The notes beneath the pieces are model-generated. The model searched no databases. It saw only the letters and a program-made list of their open reading frames with translations, and was not told where the DNA came from. Below, piece by piece: positions 47,904 through 58,516 of a stretch of 64,000 nucleotides of DNA (positions are counted from its first letter, which is position 1; each line of letters begins with the position of its first letter). Source of the DNA: an uncultured Gemmatimonadales bacterium (GTDB lineage Bacteria; Gemmatimonadota; Gemmatimonadetes; Gemmatimonadales; GWC2-71-9); NCBI GenBank assembly GCA_963779755.1, contig CAVZZO010000001.1, positions 384,001 through 448,000 on the forward strand, read 5' to 3'. Position numbers and translations under genes: made by a program.

Positions 47904-50588
47904 GTGAGCGCAACCCTCTCGAACCTCCATGAGGCCCTCGCCGGCCGGTATCGCATCGAGCGCGAGCTGGGCGAGGGCGGGATGGCGACCGTCTATCTGG
48001 CCGATGACCTGAAGCACGACCGCAAGGTCGCGATCAAGGTCCTGCGCCCGGAGCTGGCCGCGGTGATCGGCGCCGAGCGATTTCTCGCCGAGATCAAGAC
48101 CACGGCCAACCTTCAGCACCCGCATATCCTGCCGCTGCACGATTCGGGTGAGGTTAACGGGACCGTCTTCTACGTGATGCCGTTCGTGGAAGGCGAGTCG
48201 CTGCGGGACCGGCTCGTGCGGGAGCAGCAGCTTCCGGTGCCCGATGCCGTACGGATCGCAACCGAGGTCGCCTCCGCGCTGGACTACGCCCACCGGCACG
48301 GCGTGATCCACCGGGACATCAAGCCGGAGAACATCCTGCTGCACGACGGGCAGGCGCTGGTGGCCGATTTCGGGATCGCCCTGGCGGTGAGCACGGCGGG
48401 CAGCACCCGGATGACCGAAACGGGCATGAGCCTGGGGACGCCGCACTACATGAGCCCCGAGCAGGCCATGGGCGAACGGGAGATCACCGCCCGGAGCGAT
48501 GTCTACGCGCTGGGGGCTTTGACCTACGAGATGCTGGCGGGCGAGCCGCCGTTCACCGGTCCCAGCGCGCAGGCCATCATCGCCAAGGTCGTGACGGCGG
48601 ACCCGGTGCCGCTCCGGGAGTCACGGAAGACCGTCCCGGTGCACGTCGATGCGGCAGTCCTCACCGCCTTGCAGAAGCTTCCGGCGGACCGCTTCGCCAG
48701 CACCGCAGCCTTCGCCAGCGCGCTCTCCGGCGCGACCCCCGTCCCCTCCCTCGCCGCGGAGACGCGGGGGCGGGTGGGAGGCCGCGGCCACCGCTTCACT
48801 CTTCTGGCGGCATGGGCGGGCTGGATTGTCGCGGTGCTCGCCGTTGCGTTCGGGCTGCGGGGGCGGTTCAGACCGGATACTGCCGCTCTGTCCCGGTTCG
48901 CCGTGGGATTTCCTTCGGGTCAGACACCCGGGCTTTCCATGCTGGGGACTCACATGGCCGTCTCCCGCGACGGGTCCATGCTGGTGTACACCGGCGGGGA
49001 CTCGGTTGAGGGCCGGTTGTGGCTGAAGACCCGCAATGCCCTGTCCGCCACGCCGATTCCCGGGACGGAGGGTGCCTACGACCCGTTCATCTCTCCGGAC
49101 GGCCAACAGATCGGTTTCGTCACGGACCGCGACGGCCGCACCCTGAAGGTGGTGCAGCTGGCAGGGGGGATGCCGCGGACCGTCGTCGGTGCGCCGCTGG
49201 GCACCAGCGGCGCCTACTGGGCTACCGACGGATACATCTATTTCGATGCGGATGTCGCAGGCCTGCAACGAGTGCGGCCCGACGGCAGCGATCGCGAGAC
49301 GGTGGCGCCGCTCGATACGCTCCAGCGTGAGTCGGGCATTGCCTGGCCGCAGATCCTCCCGGGAAACCGCGTGGCGCTCTTCCGGCTTCGCCGTGCCAAT
49401 GATGCCCCGGGAGATTTCTCCATCCTTGCCTGGCGGCTTGGCACGGGCGAGCACCGCGTGGTGACCCGGGCGGTGAGCGCCCGGTATGCCGCCGGGCACC
49501 TGCTCTTCGTGACGGTTGATGGGACGCTGCAGGCGGCCCCTTTCGATGAGCGGCATCTCGCGCTCACTGCCCCGCCAAACGCGGTGGCGTCCGGTGTCCG
49601 TATCAGCGGAACGTACGCCGGGGTGGACCTGGCGGCGAGCGATGACGGGACGCTCTACTATGTCGCGGGCTCGCCGGGCGCTGCTTCGCGGCTGGACTGG
49701 GTGGCCGCCGACGGCTCGGCGCATCCGGTGGATCCGGACTGGCGGGAAGGCGGGGAAATCCGTGGACTGGCGCTGTCACCGGATGGCCGGCGGGTGGCGG
49801 TCGAACTCTCGCGCGCCGGCACCACCGGCACCGATATCTGGGTGAAGCAGCTGCCCTCCGGGCCGCTCACCCGCTTCACTCTCGACGCGGCTCCCGATGT
49901 GCGCCCGAGCTGGTCCGGGGACGGGCGCTCCATCCTCTTCATTTCCGAGCGGGTGCACCCCCAGGCGGTTTTCCGGCGACAGGCCGATGGGACCGGTGGT
50001 GTCGTGCTGGTCGTCCGGAGCGATCGCGATATCACCGAGGCCGGCGAGTCACCGGACGGACGCTGGCTGGTGGTGCGGACCTCAGGGGCCCAGGCAGGAT
50101 CCGGTGACATCCTGGGCATGCGGATCGGCTCCGACACGGCGCTGCACCCGCTCATCAGCGGCCCGGCGGCCGAAACCAACCCGGCGATCTCGCCGGACGG
50201 CCACTGGATCGCCTACGTATCCACCGCCTCCGGCCGGCGCGAGGTGTACGTGCGGCCCTTTCCGGACGTGAACCGCGGGGTGTGGCAGGTATCCACGGAC
50301 GGAGGGGTCGAGCCGCGGTGGGCGCACTCGGGAAAGGAACTCTTCTTCCGGGCGATCAGCACGCTCGACCTCATGGCCGTGGATGTCGAAACCACGCCCG
50401 CGTTCCGGTCCGGGGCGCCGCACGCCCTGTTCCACAGCGATGCCGCGACCGGACTGGATTATGCGCGCTATGCTGTGGCTCCCGACGACCGGCATTTTCT
50501 CATGGTGGGGCAGGGCGCCGATGCTCCGCCGCAGCTCGTCAGGATCGAGCATTTCGTGCAGAGCCTCAAAACGGGGCCTGCGCCATGA
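47904..50588 (+). CDS. Ser/Thr kinase - TM - PD40 beta-propeller
   Basis: Same kinase motifs; propeller tail. Confidence 0.92.
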   Translation: MSATLSNLHEALAGRYRIERELGEGGMATVYLADDLKHDRKVAIKVLRPELAAVIGAERFLAEIKTTANLQHPHILPLHDSGEVNGTVFYVMPFVEGESLRDRLVREQQLPVPDAVRIATEVASALDYAHRHGVIHRDIKPENILLHDGQALVADFGIALAVSTAGSTRMTETGMSLGTPHYMSPEQAMGEREITARSDVYALGALTYEMLAGEPPFTGPSAQAIIAKVVTADPVPLRESRKTVPVHVDAAVLTALQKLPADRFASTAAFASALSGATPVPSLAAETRGRVGGRGHRFTLLAAWAGWIVAVLAVAFGLRGRFRPDTAALSRFAVGFPSGQTPGLSMLGTHMAVSRDGSMLVYTGGDSVEGRLWLKTRNALSATPIPGTEGAYDPFISPDGQQIGFVTDRDGRTLKVVQLAGGMPRTVVGAPLGTSGAYWATDGYIYFDADVAGLQRVRPDGSDRETVAPLDTLQRESGIAWPQILPGNRVALFRLRRANDAPGDFSILAWRLGTGEHRVVTRAVSARYAAGHLLFVTVDGTLQAAPFDERHLALTAPPNAVASGVRISGTYAGVDLAASDDGTLYYVAGSPGAASRLDWVAADGSAHPVDPDWREGGEIRGLALSPDGRRVAVELSRAGTTGTDIWVKQLPSGPLTRFTLDAAPDVRPSWSGDGRSILFISERVHPQAVFRRQADGTGGVVLVVRSDRDITEAGESPDGRWLVVRTSGAQAGSGDILGMRIGSDTALHPLISGPAAETNPAISPDGHWIAYVSTASGRREVYVRPFPDVNRGVWQVSTDGGVEPRWAHSGKELFFRAISTLDLMAVDVETTPAFRSGAPHALFHSDAATGLDYARYAVAPDDRHFLMVGQGADAPPQLVRIEHFVQSLKTGPAP

Positions 50589-50938
50589 GCCTTGACCGCT
50601 TGGCGGCATTCCCGGGACCGGGCCCGCCGGTCCAGGTCTCGACCACCGGAGGCTCCGGGCCGGTGTGGACCCGCGACGGGCGCCTGATATATCGGGGCGG
50701 AGGCAAGGTCATTGCCGCCACCCTCGTCATGACCCCGTCGCTGCTCGTGATCGCGCGGACGCCCATTCTGGACGACGCTTTCGTCCCGTCCGGTGCCCCC
50801 CACGCCAACCATGACGTGTCCCCGGACGGCAGGAAGCTGCTCGCCCTGCAGGGCGGCACCGACCGGGTCGTGGTCGTGCACAACTGGAGGAAGGAAGTGC
50901 ATGAGCGAATCGCGGCGGATCGTGGAGACCGCAGGTGA
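50585..50938 (+). pseudogene. Internally deleted kinase-propeller gene (first 8 codons fused in frame to the last ~110)
   Basis: MSLDRLAA resembles the paralog starts (IDRLSAALAGRY); FPGPG..VQVSTTGG..P.W.RDG resembles the paralog ends. Confidence 0.65.
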
Positions 50939-52200
50939 GCGAGTCGCGGGGCGGGCTGAGCATGAACGCGACCTGGTCGATGGCCGTGGGCGGGATGGTT
51001 GGGGGCGGCATCTTCTCCACCCTCGGCGTGGTCACCGCGATCGCGGGGTCCTGGGCCTGGCTCAGCTTCGTCGCCGCGGGGCTGGTCGCGCTTGCCGCGG
51101 GATACAGTTATGTGCGTCTGGCGGTGCACTACGGCAAAGGCGGCGGCGCGTTCACCTTCCTTCGCGAGGTCAACGCCGACGGTTTCGCCGGCAGTCTTTC
51201 CTGGGTGCTCATCATCGGCTACGTGCTCACGAATTCGGTCTACGCCTCCACCTTCGGGCAGTATCTCGGGAACGTGGTCGGGCTGGGGCCGTGGTTTCCG
51301 CGTGTGGCCGCCGTTGCCATTCTCGCGGTCTTCGTGGGGGTGAACCTGCGGGGCGTCGGGGAGGCCGGCGGGGTCGAGGTCTTTCTGGTCTGGTTCAAGC
51401 TGGCAGTGCTGGTAGCACTCGCCGCCTGGGGAATCGCGCGCTGGAATCCGCCGATGCTCTCGCGCGGCGTTCCCGGCTCCGGCCTCGGCTCCGCCATCTT
51501 CGGGGCGGCCTCGGTCTTCATGGCTTATGAGGGGTTTCAGCTCCTGACCTACGATTATGACGACATCGAGAACCCCCGCCGCACGCTGCCCCGGGCCGTG
51601 CTCCTGGCCATTGTGGTGGTGATCCTCCTCTACGTTGCCGTGGCGGTGGGGGCCTCCATGCTCATCGGCGCCGACCAGGTGGTGCAGCACCAGGAGGTGG
51701 CGCTGGCCATCGCCGGCCATGCGGCCCTGGGGACGGCCGGGCTCGTCATCGTTACCGTCGCGGCGGCCTTCTCCACCGGTTCGGCGATCAATTCCACGCT
51801 GTTCGCCACGGCGCGGCTGGCTCACGAGGTGGCGCGGGACGGGGAGCTTCCCGCTGCGCTGGATCACCGGAACCGGGCGGGTATCCCCGACCGGGCGGTG
51901 ATCGGTCTGGGCCTGATGGCGGCGGGGCTCACCCTGGTCGCCACGCTGACGTCCCTGGTGGAAGCGGCCAGCCTCGCCTTCCTGTTCACCTTCGCTGCGG
52001 TCTGCTGGCTGGCGTTCCGCCAGCGGGCAGGCCGCCGCGCGCTGACCGGCGCCGGCGCGCTGGCCGGCGCCGCCGCGACGGTGGCGCTCATTGCCCGGCT
52101 GGTCCGGACCGACCCGCTGGCGCTGGCGGCTCTCGGCTTGCTGGTGCTGATCGCCGTGGCGGGCCGCCCACTGCTGCTCCGCCACGTTCGCACGGAGTGA
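50935..52200 (+). CDS. APC-family amino acid permease
   Basis: GGMVGGGIF, AYEGF, about 12 TM. Confidence 0.9.
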   Translation: MSESRGGLSMNATWSMAVGGMVGGGIFSTLGVVTAIAGSWAWLSFVAAGLVALAAGYSYVRLAVHYGKGGGAFTFLREVNADGFAGSLSWVLIIGYVLTNSVYASTFGQYLGNVVGLGPWFPRVAAVAILAVFVGVNLRGVGEAGGVEVFLVWFKLAVLVALAAWGIARWNPPMLSRGVPGSGLGSAIFGAASVFMAYEGFQLLTYDYDDIENPRRTLPRAVLLAIVVVILLYVAVAVGASMLIGADQVVQHQEVALAIAGHAALGTAGLVIVTVAAAFSTGSAINSTLFATARLAHEVARDGELPAALDHRNRAGIPDRAVIGLGLMAAGLTLVATLTSLVEAASLAFLFTFAAVCWLAFRQRAGRRALTGAGALAGAAATVALIARLVRTDPLALAALGLLVLIAVAGRPLLLRHVRTE

Positions 52201-52288
52201 GATGCGTGCCGCGCGGCCCCGGTGATCGCTGGATGGACCGGCCGATGGCCCCAGGCCTGACCGCTTTTCACGAACACCGGAGGACACC

Positions 52289-54301
52289 ATGGGCATGAAG
52301 ACCGCGCTCTTGTTCGGAGCCGTTGCCGCCGCGTCCTTGGCGCTGTTGCCTCAGGCAGCCTCGGCGCAGTCCGAGGCCGCGTTCACTGCCGAGCAGGCGC
52401 TGCGGGGCCGGCGGGTCTTCGGCGCCTACTGCGCCACCTGTCACGGTGTGGATCTTGAGGGGGCGGTCGGGCCGGCGCTGGCGGGCGCGAAGTTCCTGCA
52501 CGGCTGGACCGCCCGAGGGGCCCGCCAGCTCTACCGGGTCTTGCGAACCTCGATGCCCAAGCCGGCGGTGGGATCGCTCTCTCCGCAGGCGTACGAGGAC
52601 GTCTTCGCCTACCTGCTGTCCCGGAATGGGCTGGCGGCGGGCGCCGGGGCCTTTGACGGCAGCGATTCCATGCTGGCGCGAATCCCACTGGATGCACTCG
52701 CCACCGCGGCGGGCCCAGCACCGGAGGCGCCGCCCCGGTTCATTGCGGGGGAACGTATGCATCCCCAGGGGTCGGGCCCGGACCAGGCCCAACTCAGCAC
52801 CACCCCCGATCCGGCCGACTGGCTCTATCACACGGGTAACTATTCCGGGACCAGGTATTCAACGCTGGCGCAGATCACCACCGCCAATGTCGGCCGCCTG
52901 GCGCCGGTCTGCGCCTACCAGTTGGGGGTGCTGGAAACCTTCTACGCAGGCCCGATCGTATACCAAGGAACCATGTATATCACCTCGGCGACCGTGACTG
53001 CGGCCATCGACGCCGCCAGCTGCCGGGAACGGTGGCGCACGGTCTGGGAGCCGAAGGACAAGCTGCTCTGGGGCAACAACCGCGGCGTGGCGGTGAAGGA
53101 TGGCTATGTCGTGCGTGGCACTGCCGACGGTTACCTGATGGCGCTGGATGCCGCCGATGGAACACTCCTCTGGGCCCGGCAGGTGGCGCATCCCGATAGC
53201 GGGGAGACCATCACCATGGCCCCGCTCATCGTGGACAGCCTGGTGATCATCGGGCCGGCAGGGAGCGAGAACAACGTGCAGGGCTGGATCGGCGCCTTCC
53301 GGCTGGCCGACGGCTCGCCGGTCTGGCGATTCAACACCGTGCCCCGGCCGGGCGAGCCCGGCTACGAGACGTGGGGCAGGCAGGCAGGTACCCCCATGGG
53401 GGGAGGCGCGGTCTGGACCCCGCTCACGCTGGATATGCAGGAGGGACAGCTGTTCGTGGCGGTGACCAATCCCTCTCCCGATCTGCCGGCGCACCTGCGG
53501 CCGGGAAAGAACCTCTATACCAACAGCGTCATCGTGCTGGACTTGCATACCGGCAAGTTGCTCTGGTACGACCAGCTGGTCCCCAGCGACTACCACGATT
53601 GGGACGTGACCCAGGTGAGCCCGCTGATCCGCGCGAAGGTGGGCGGGGTGGAACGGGACCTGCTCATTACCGCCGGCAAGGATGGTCTGTTGCATGTGCT
53701 GGACCGGCGCACCCACGAGCGGCTCTATCAGACCGCCGTCACCACTCGCCGCGATGTGGATGTGCCGCTGGCTCCCGGCGGCACCGTCTCCTGCCCCGGC
53801 ATTCTCGGTGGGGTCGAGTGGAACGGCCCCGCCTACAACCCCGGGACCGGCCTGCTGTATGTGCCGGCCGTGGACTGGTGCTGGAAATTCACGCTTGCGC
53901 CCGATGACTCGGTCCGGCCCGCGGCGGGGGAGATGTACCTCGGCGGGACCGTTGAACCGTCGGGCGACCAGCAGGGCTGGCTCACCGCGGTCGACGCCTC
54001 CAACGGCGCCATCCGCTGGCGCTACCGCTCGCCCCTGGCGATGGTCGCCGCCGTCACCACCACGGCTGGGGGCCTGGTGTTCACCGGCGAGCGCACCGGC
54101 GACTTCCTGGCGTTCGATGCGGCGAGCGGAAAGGAGCTGTATCGTTTCAACACCGGCGCCGGCATCCATGGTGGCATCGCGACCTATGCCGTGAACGGGA
54201 AGCAATACGTTGCCACCACCTCGGGCGGCGGATCGCTCACCTTCGGTGGCGGTGGGGCGGCCACGGTCTTCGTCTTCGGCCTGCCGGGCAACCGGCAATA
54301 G
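52289..54301 (+). CDS. Cytochrome c - PQQ-dependent dehydrogenase fusion
   Basis: Signal peptide, CATCH heme motif, RYSTLAQIT, NRG, GGGAVW, PQQ propeller repeats, GKQYVA. Confidence 0.88.
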   Translation: MGMKTALLFGAVAAASLALLPQAASAQSEAAFTAEQALRGRRVFGAYCATCHGVDLEGAVGPALAGAKFLHGWTARGARQLYRVLRTSMPKPAVGSLSPQAYEDVFAYLLSRNGLAAGAGAFDGSDSMLARIPLDALATAAGPAPEAPPRFIAGERMHPQGSGPDQAQLSTTPDPADWLYHTGNYSGTRYSTLAQITTANVGRLAPVCAYQLGVLETFYAGPIVYQGTMYITSATVTAAIDAASCRERWRTVWEPKDKLLWGNNRGVAVKDGYVVRGTADGYLMALDAADGTLLWARQVAHPDSGETITMAPLIVDSLVIIGPAGSENNVQGWIGAFRLADGSPVWRFNTVPRPGEPGYETWGRQAGTPMGGGAVWTPLTLDMQEGQLFVAVTNPSPDLPAHLRPGKNLYTNSVIVLDLHTGKLLWYDQLVPSDYHDWDVTQVSPLIRAKVGGVERDLLITAGKDGLLHVLDRRTHERLYQTAVTTRRDVDVPLAPGGTVSCPGILGGVEWNGPAYNPGTGLLYVPAVDWCWKFTLAPDDSVRPAAGEMYLGGTVEPSGDQQGWLTAVDASNGAIRWRYRSPLAMVAAVTTTAGGLVFTGERTGDFLAFDAASGKELYRFNTGAGIHGGIATYAVNGKQYVATTSGGGSLTFGGGGAATVFVFGLPGNRQ

Positions 54302-54411
54302 GGAGACCATGATGCAATTCCCCAGCTTGCCCTGGCACTGCGTGTGCTCCACGGTCTCTGTCTCAGTCTCGTAGTGCCGGCCGGCTGCGCCTGAACACCT
54401 GGAGTCATCGG

Positions 54412-55854
54412 ATGTCTGCTCCTTCGAAGGCCGAACTGGTTGACCGCCTCGTGGCCCTGCCCACGCTGGAGCCGATCCCCCGGGAGGAATGGGAGTGGCT
54501 GGCGGAGCATGGGACGTTCGAGTCGCATCAGGCCGGCCGGGTCCTGCTGCCCCAGGGACAGCCCGCCGAGAAGCTGTGGATCATCCTGTCCGGTCACGTC
54601 GCGGTGGGGGTGGATCGCGGAGCCGGTCTGCGGCGGGTAACCGAATGGCGGACGGGGGAGGTCACCGGCAAGCTTCCCTATTCCCGGATGATCTCGGCGC
54701 CGGGAAATAACCGCCTGGAGTCAGCCTCCGAACTCCTCGCCTTCCACGAGCGGCAGTTCCAGGAGATGGCCCATCGGTGCCCCAGGTTCACCGCCTACTG
54801 CGTGCACCTCATGCTGGATCGGGCACGCAGCTTCAGCGCCAGCGAGCTGCAGGACGAAAAGATGACTTCGCTCGGCAAGCTGGCAGCGGGGCTGGCGCAT
54901 GAACTTAACAATCCGGCGTCCGCCACGGTGCGGGCGGCCAAGCAACTGCTTGCGGGGCTGGGAGATGTGGAAGGTGCCGCTCGGGCCCTGGGCGCCTCCG
55001 GCGCGACGGCCGAGACCATGGACGCCATCGAGCGGGTGCGCGAGGTCTGCCTGACGGTACCGGCCGGCACTGTGCTTTCACCACTGCAGCAGGCGGATCG
55101 CGAAGACGAGATCGCGGAGTGGCTGGCGCGCCATCGCATCGACGCCTCTCTGACGAATCCCCTGGCCGATACCGCCGCGACCCTCGATGTCCTCGACCGG
55201 TTGGCGGAGACCGTCCCGGAGAGCGTACTCGAAGCGGCCGTGCGCTGGATCGCGGCGGGATGTTCCACTCATTCGCTGGCGATGGAGATCGAGGACTCGG
55301 CCGCTCGCATCGCCGATCTTGTGGCTGCCGTCAAGCGATTCACCTACATGGACAGCCTGTCGGGGCCGGAGCCGATGGACGTGGTCCCCGGCCTGCGCGA
55401 TACCATCCGTGTCATGGCATCGAAGGCGAAGGGAAAGGGCGTTGCCGTCGCTCTGGAGGCCGAGCCGGACCTGCCACAGGTCCGGGCCACAGGGGACGAG
55501 CTGAACCAGGTGTGGATGAACCTGATCGATAATGCGCTCGACGCCGCGCCCAGGGAAGGCTCCGTGGCAGTGGACGTGCGCCGGGAGCTGGATCGCCTGG
55601 CCGTACGGATCACCGACGACGGACCGGGAATCCCCGAAGACCTCGTGCATCGCATCTTCGATCCGTTCTTTACCACCAAGCCACCCGGCCAGGGCACCGG
55701 CCTCGGTCTGGACATCACCCGCCGACTGTTGCACCGCTATCGGGGGGAGGTGACGGTCGAGTCACATGCCGGCGGGACCACGTTCTGTGTGCGCCTGCCG
55801 GTAGCGGAGTCGCCCCCCGGCGGCTCGCCCGGTCCAGATATCCCGACGATGTAG
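54412..55854 (+). CDS. Cyclic-nucleotide-binding-domain histidine kinase
   Basis: cNMP fold, [31 protein letters not shown]. Confidence 0.88.
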   Translation: MSAPSKAELVDRLVALPTLEPIPREEWEWLAEHGTFESHQAGRVLLPQGQPAEKLWIILSGHVAVGVDRGAGLRRVTEWRTGEVTGKLPYSRMISAPGNNRLESASELLAFHERQFQEMAHRCPRFTAYCVHLMLDRARSFSASELQDEKMTSLGKLAAGLAHELNNPASATVRAAKQLLAGLGDVEGAARALGASGATAETMDAIERVREVCLTVPAGTVLSPLQQADREDEIAEWLARHRIDASLTNPLADTAATLDVLDRLAETVPESVLEAAVRWIAAGCSTHSLAMEIEDSAARIADLVAAVKRFTYMDSLSGPEPMDVVPGLRDTIRVMASKAKGKGVAVALEAEPDLPQVRATGDELNQVWMNLIDNALDAAPREGSVAVDVRRELDRLAVRITDDGPGIPEDLVHRIFDPFFTTKPPGQGTGLGLDITRRLLHRYRGEVTVESHAGGTTFCVRLPVAESPPGGSPGPDIPTM

Positions 55855-55864
55855 GACGAGAATC

Positions 55865-57577
55865 ATGCGCAAGCCCATCATCCTGGCTCTGGACGACGAT
55901 GCGAACGTGCTCCGCTCCATCGAGCGTGACCTCCGCAGCGCCTACGGGGCCGACTACCGGATCCTACGGGCGGACTCTGGAAAGAGCGCGCTCGAGCTGC
56001 TGGATGCCCTCCACCGCCGGGGAGAGATACCGGCGCTCTTCCTGGTGGACCAGCGCATGCCGGGGATGACGGGGGTCGAGTTCCTGGAACGCGCGATCGA
56101 GCGCTACCCCGAGGCCCGCCGGGTGCTGCTCACGGCCTACGCCGATACTGAGGCGGCCATCGCCGCCATCAACCAGGTCCAGATCGACCACTACCTGCTC
56201 AAGCCGTGGGACCCGCCGGAGGAGAAGCTGTACCCGGTGTTGTCCGACCTGCTGGCCGACTGGAGGGCGGTGAATGAGCCGCCGTTCGACGGGATCCGGG
56301 TGGTGGGACACCAGTGGTCGCCCGAGTCCCACCGGATCAAGGACTTCCTGGCCCGCAACCACGTGCCCTATGCCTGGCTGGATGTCAGCGCCGGCGGTGA
56401 GGCCGAGGAGCTGCTGAAGTCGGCCGGATCTCCGGCGCCGCAGCTGCCGGTCCTGTTCTTCACCGATGGCAGCTCTCTCTCGAACCCCTCCAATCGCGAG
56501 ATCGCGGACCGGGTCGGCATCAGGACCATCGCCGAGCAGCCGCTTTACGATCTCATCGTGGTCGGCGCCGGGCCCGCCGGACTGGCGGCGGCGGTGTACG
56601 GCGCATCCGAGGGGCTGCGCACGCTCGTAGTCGAGGTGGAGGCGCCGGGCGGACAGGCGGGCATGAGCTCCCGTATCGAGAACTACCTTGGCTTCCCCAA
56701 CGGCGTCTCCGGTGGGGAACTGGCGCGGCGGGCGGTCATGCAGGCGCGCCGCTTCGGCGTGGAGATTCTCACCACGCGGCGAGCAGGCGGCCTGAGGGTG
56801 GAGGGGCCGACGCGAGTGATCACCCTCGAGGACGGTACGGCGTTGAACGCCCGGGCTGTCGTGATCGCGACGGGCGTGTCCTATCGCCAGCTCGAAGCGG
56901 AGGGCTGCCCGGCGCTGACCGGGGCCGGGATCTACTACGGCGCCGCGCTCAGCGAGGGTGAGTCGGTTCGCGGCCAGTCCGTCTATATCGTGGGCGGCGC
57001 CAACTCCGCGGGCCAGGCCGCGATCTATTTCGCCGGTCACGCGGCGTCGGTGACCATGCTGGTCCGGGGGCAGTCCCTCACCGCCAGCATGTCCCAGTAT
57101 CTCATCGACCAGATCGCGGCGACAGAGAACATCCGGGTCCGGACCGGCTGCCAGGTGGTGGAGACGATCGGGACGAAGCGTCTCGAGTGCCTGGTCCTGG
57201 CTCATGAAGACGGGACCCGCGAGACGGTCGAGGCACAGGCGCTCTTCATCTTCATCGGCGCCGTGCCGCGTACCGACTGGCTGGGCGACGCCGTCGCACG
57301 GGACCAGCGCGGGTTCATCCTCTCGGGGCTGGACGCCATCGCGCCGCAGCCGGAGCAGCCGGTCGCGGGCGCCGGCAGGCGGCGGTCGGGACGCCAGCGG
57401 GTGACTCTAGCCCGGGAATCACGTCCTCTGCGCCTCCCCGCGATGCTGGAGACCAGCGTCCCGGGCGTGTTCGTGGCGGGCGACGTTCGCGCCGGCTCCA
57501 TCAAGCGGGTAGCATCGGCGGTGGGCGAGGGGTCGATGGCGGTGATGTACGTGCACAAGTATCTGCAGCAGACCTGA
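55865..57577 (+). CDS. Response regulator receiver fused to a thioredoxin-reductase-like flavoprotein
   Basis: DDD, DQRMP, KPW; GAGPAG, IATG, GGANSA, TSVPGVFVAGD. Confidence 0.9.
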   Translation: MRKPIILALDDDANVLRSIERDLRSAYGADYRILRADSGKSALELLDALHRRGEIPALFLVDQRMPGMTGVEFLERAIERYPEARRVLLTAYADTEAAIAAINQVQIDHYLLKPWDPPEEKLYPVLSDLLADWRAVNEPPFDGIRVVGHQWSPESHRIKDFLARNHVPYAWLDVSAGGEAEELLKSAGSPAPQLPVLFFTDGSSLSNPSNREIADRVGIRTIAEQPLYDLIVVGAGPAGLAAAVYGASEGLRTLVVEVEAPGGQAGMSSRIENYLGFPNGVSGGELARRAVMQARRFGVEILTTRRAGGLRVEGPTRVITLEDGTALNARAVVIATGVSYRQLEAEGCPALTGAGIYYGAALSEGESVRGQSVYIVGGANSAGQAAIYFAGHAASVTMLVRGQSLTASMSQYLIDQIAATENIRVRTGCQVVETIGTKRLECLVLAHEDGTRETVEAQALFIFIGAVPRTDWLGDAVARDQRGFILSGLDAIAPQPEQPVAGAGRRRSGRQRVTLARESRPLRLPAMLETSVPGVFVAGDVRAGSIKRVASAVGEGSMAVMYVHKYLQQT

Positions 57578-57622
57578 CGCGGCACCGCAACTGCAAACTC
57601 TGTTCAGCGGCGGTACCGAGGG

Positions 57623-57709
57623 GTCTGGGTGCCCAAGCAGCCCACCTGGTCGGCCGACGGTAGGCTCATCTACTTCCGGGCCTTCGAGGCAGATGGAAGG
57701 GCCGGTTCG
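57623..57709 (+). pseudogene. Single PD40-repeat remnant
   Basis: Reads VWVPKQPTWSADGRLIYFRAFEADGRAGS; no start codon. Confidence 0.5.
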
Positions 57710-57890
57710 ACGACCCTTCCATGCCGGCCAACAAGGGCACCTGTGCAGGCCGCCAACGGGAGACGATGAAGCAGGGCGGACCCTGGAATGCAGGCGGCCC
57801 TGCAGCAGCCAGGTTATCCGGATCCCGCGGCCCGGGATTCGTAATGAGGCAGATGGGAGGCGGCAGGAATGCTGCCGCCTCCCGGACCCG

Positions 57891-58150
57891 CTACGCGTGG
57901 CTGGAGACGGTAGGACAGGTCAGCAGATTTCCGGTATCGATCTCGTACGGGTTGGCGCCACCCTGGTTGATGGGCACGAACACATTCCCCGCCTGCTCGG
58001 CTGCGTCGATCTCCGCCTCGCTGGTGAGCGGGGTAAAGGTGGGCGACGCAGCGTAGGTGGGATCATACATGAGCAGGATGATCTTCCAGGGCGCCTTGTA
58101 TTCTCCGGCGGTCCCGTGGTTGCCCATGCCGGGGGCGCCAGGGCGGGCTC
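57891..58150 (-). pseudogene. Probable 3' fragment of a secreted protein gene
   Basis: Protein-like C-terminal segment (WKIILLMYDP...PLTSEAEI...LLTCPTVS); the upstream part of the ORF looks non-coding. Confidence 0.4.
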
Positions 58151-58309
58151 GATAGCTGCAATCCGGAGGTGACCGTATGTCCAATGCCGGACAACCGTCC
58201 CGGCAGCCATCTCGTTCCGTTCTGGAACTTTTTCCGACCACGTCTCGTCTGACATGAGTGGAAGGCCCTGCCTTTCGACAGCCTATCACGCTCTCGCCGG
58301 AGTCCCTAC

Positions 58310-58516
58310 ATGCTCAAGCCGGTCCTTCAGGTTGCCGGAGGTGCCGCCGTCGCCGTCCTGCTCTGGAAGCTTGCCGCCGTTCTGCTGCTTCCGCTTCTGG
58401 GCATTGCGGCGGGTATCCTGGTGCTTCTGGTGAAGATCCTCCTTTTCGGATTGGCTCTTCTGGTGGTCTGGCTCATGTACCGCTGGGTCACCAGAGCCTC
58501 TCGTCCGGCCGTCTAA
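58310..58516 (+). CDS. Small membrane protein (68 aa), paralog of 44085-44291
   Basis: Same length and motif; GGAG SD. Confidence 0.75.
   Translation: MLKPVLQVAGGAAVAVLLWKLAAVLLLPLLGIAAGILVLLVKILLFGLALLVVWLMYRWVTRASRPAV

Noticed and set aside
54302..54411. Short ORF or lipoprotein signal remnant after the PQQ gene
   Set aside because: Too short and frame-inconsistent to support.
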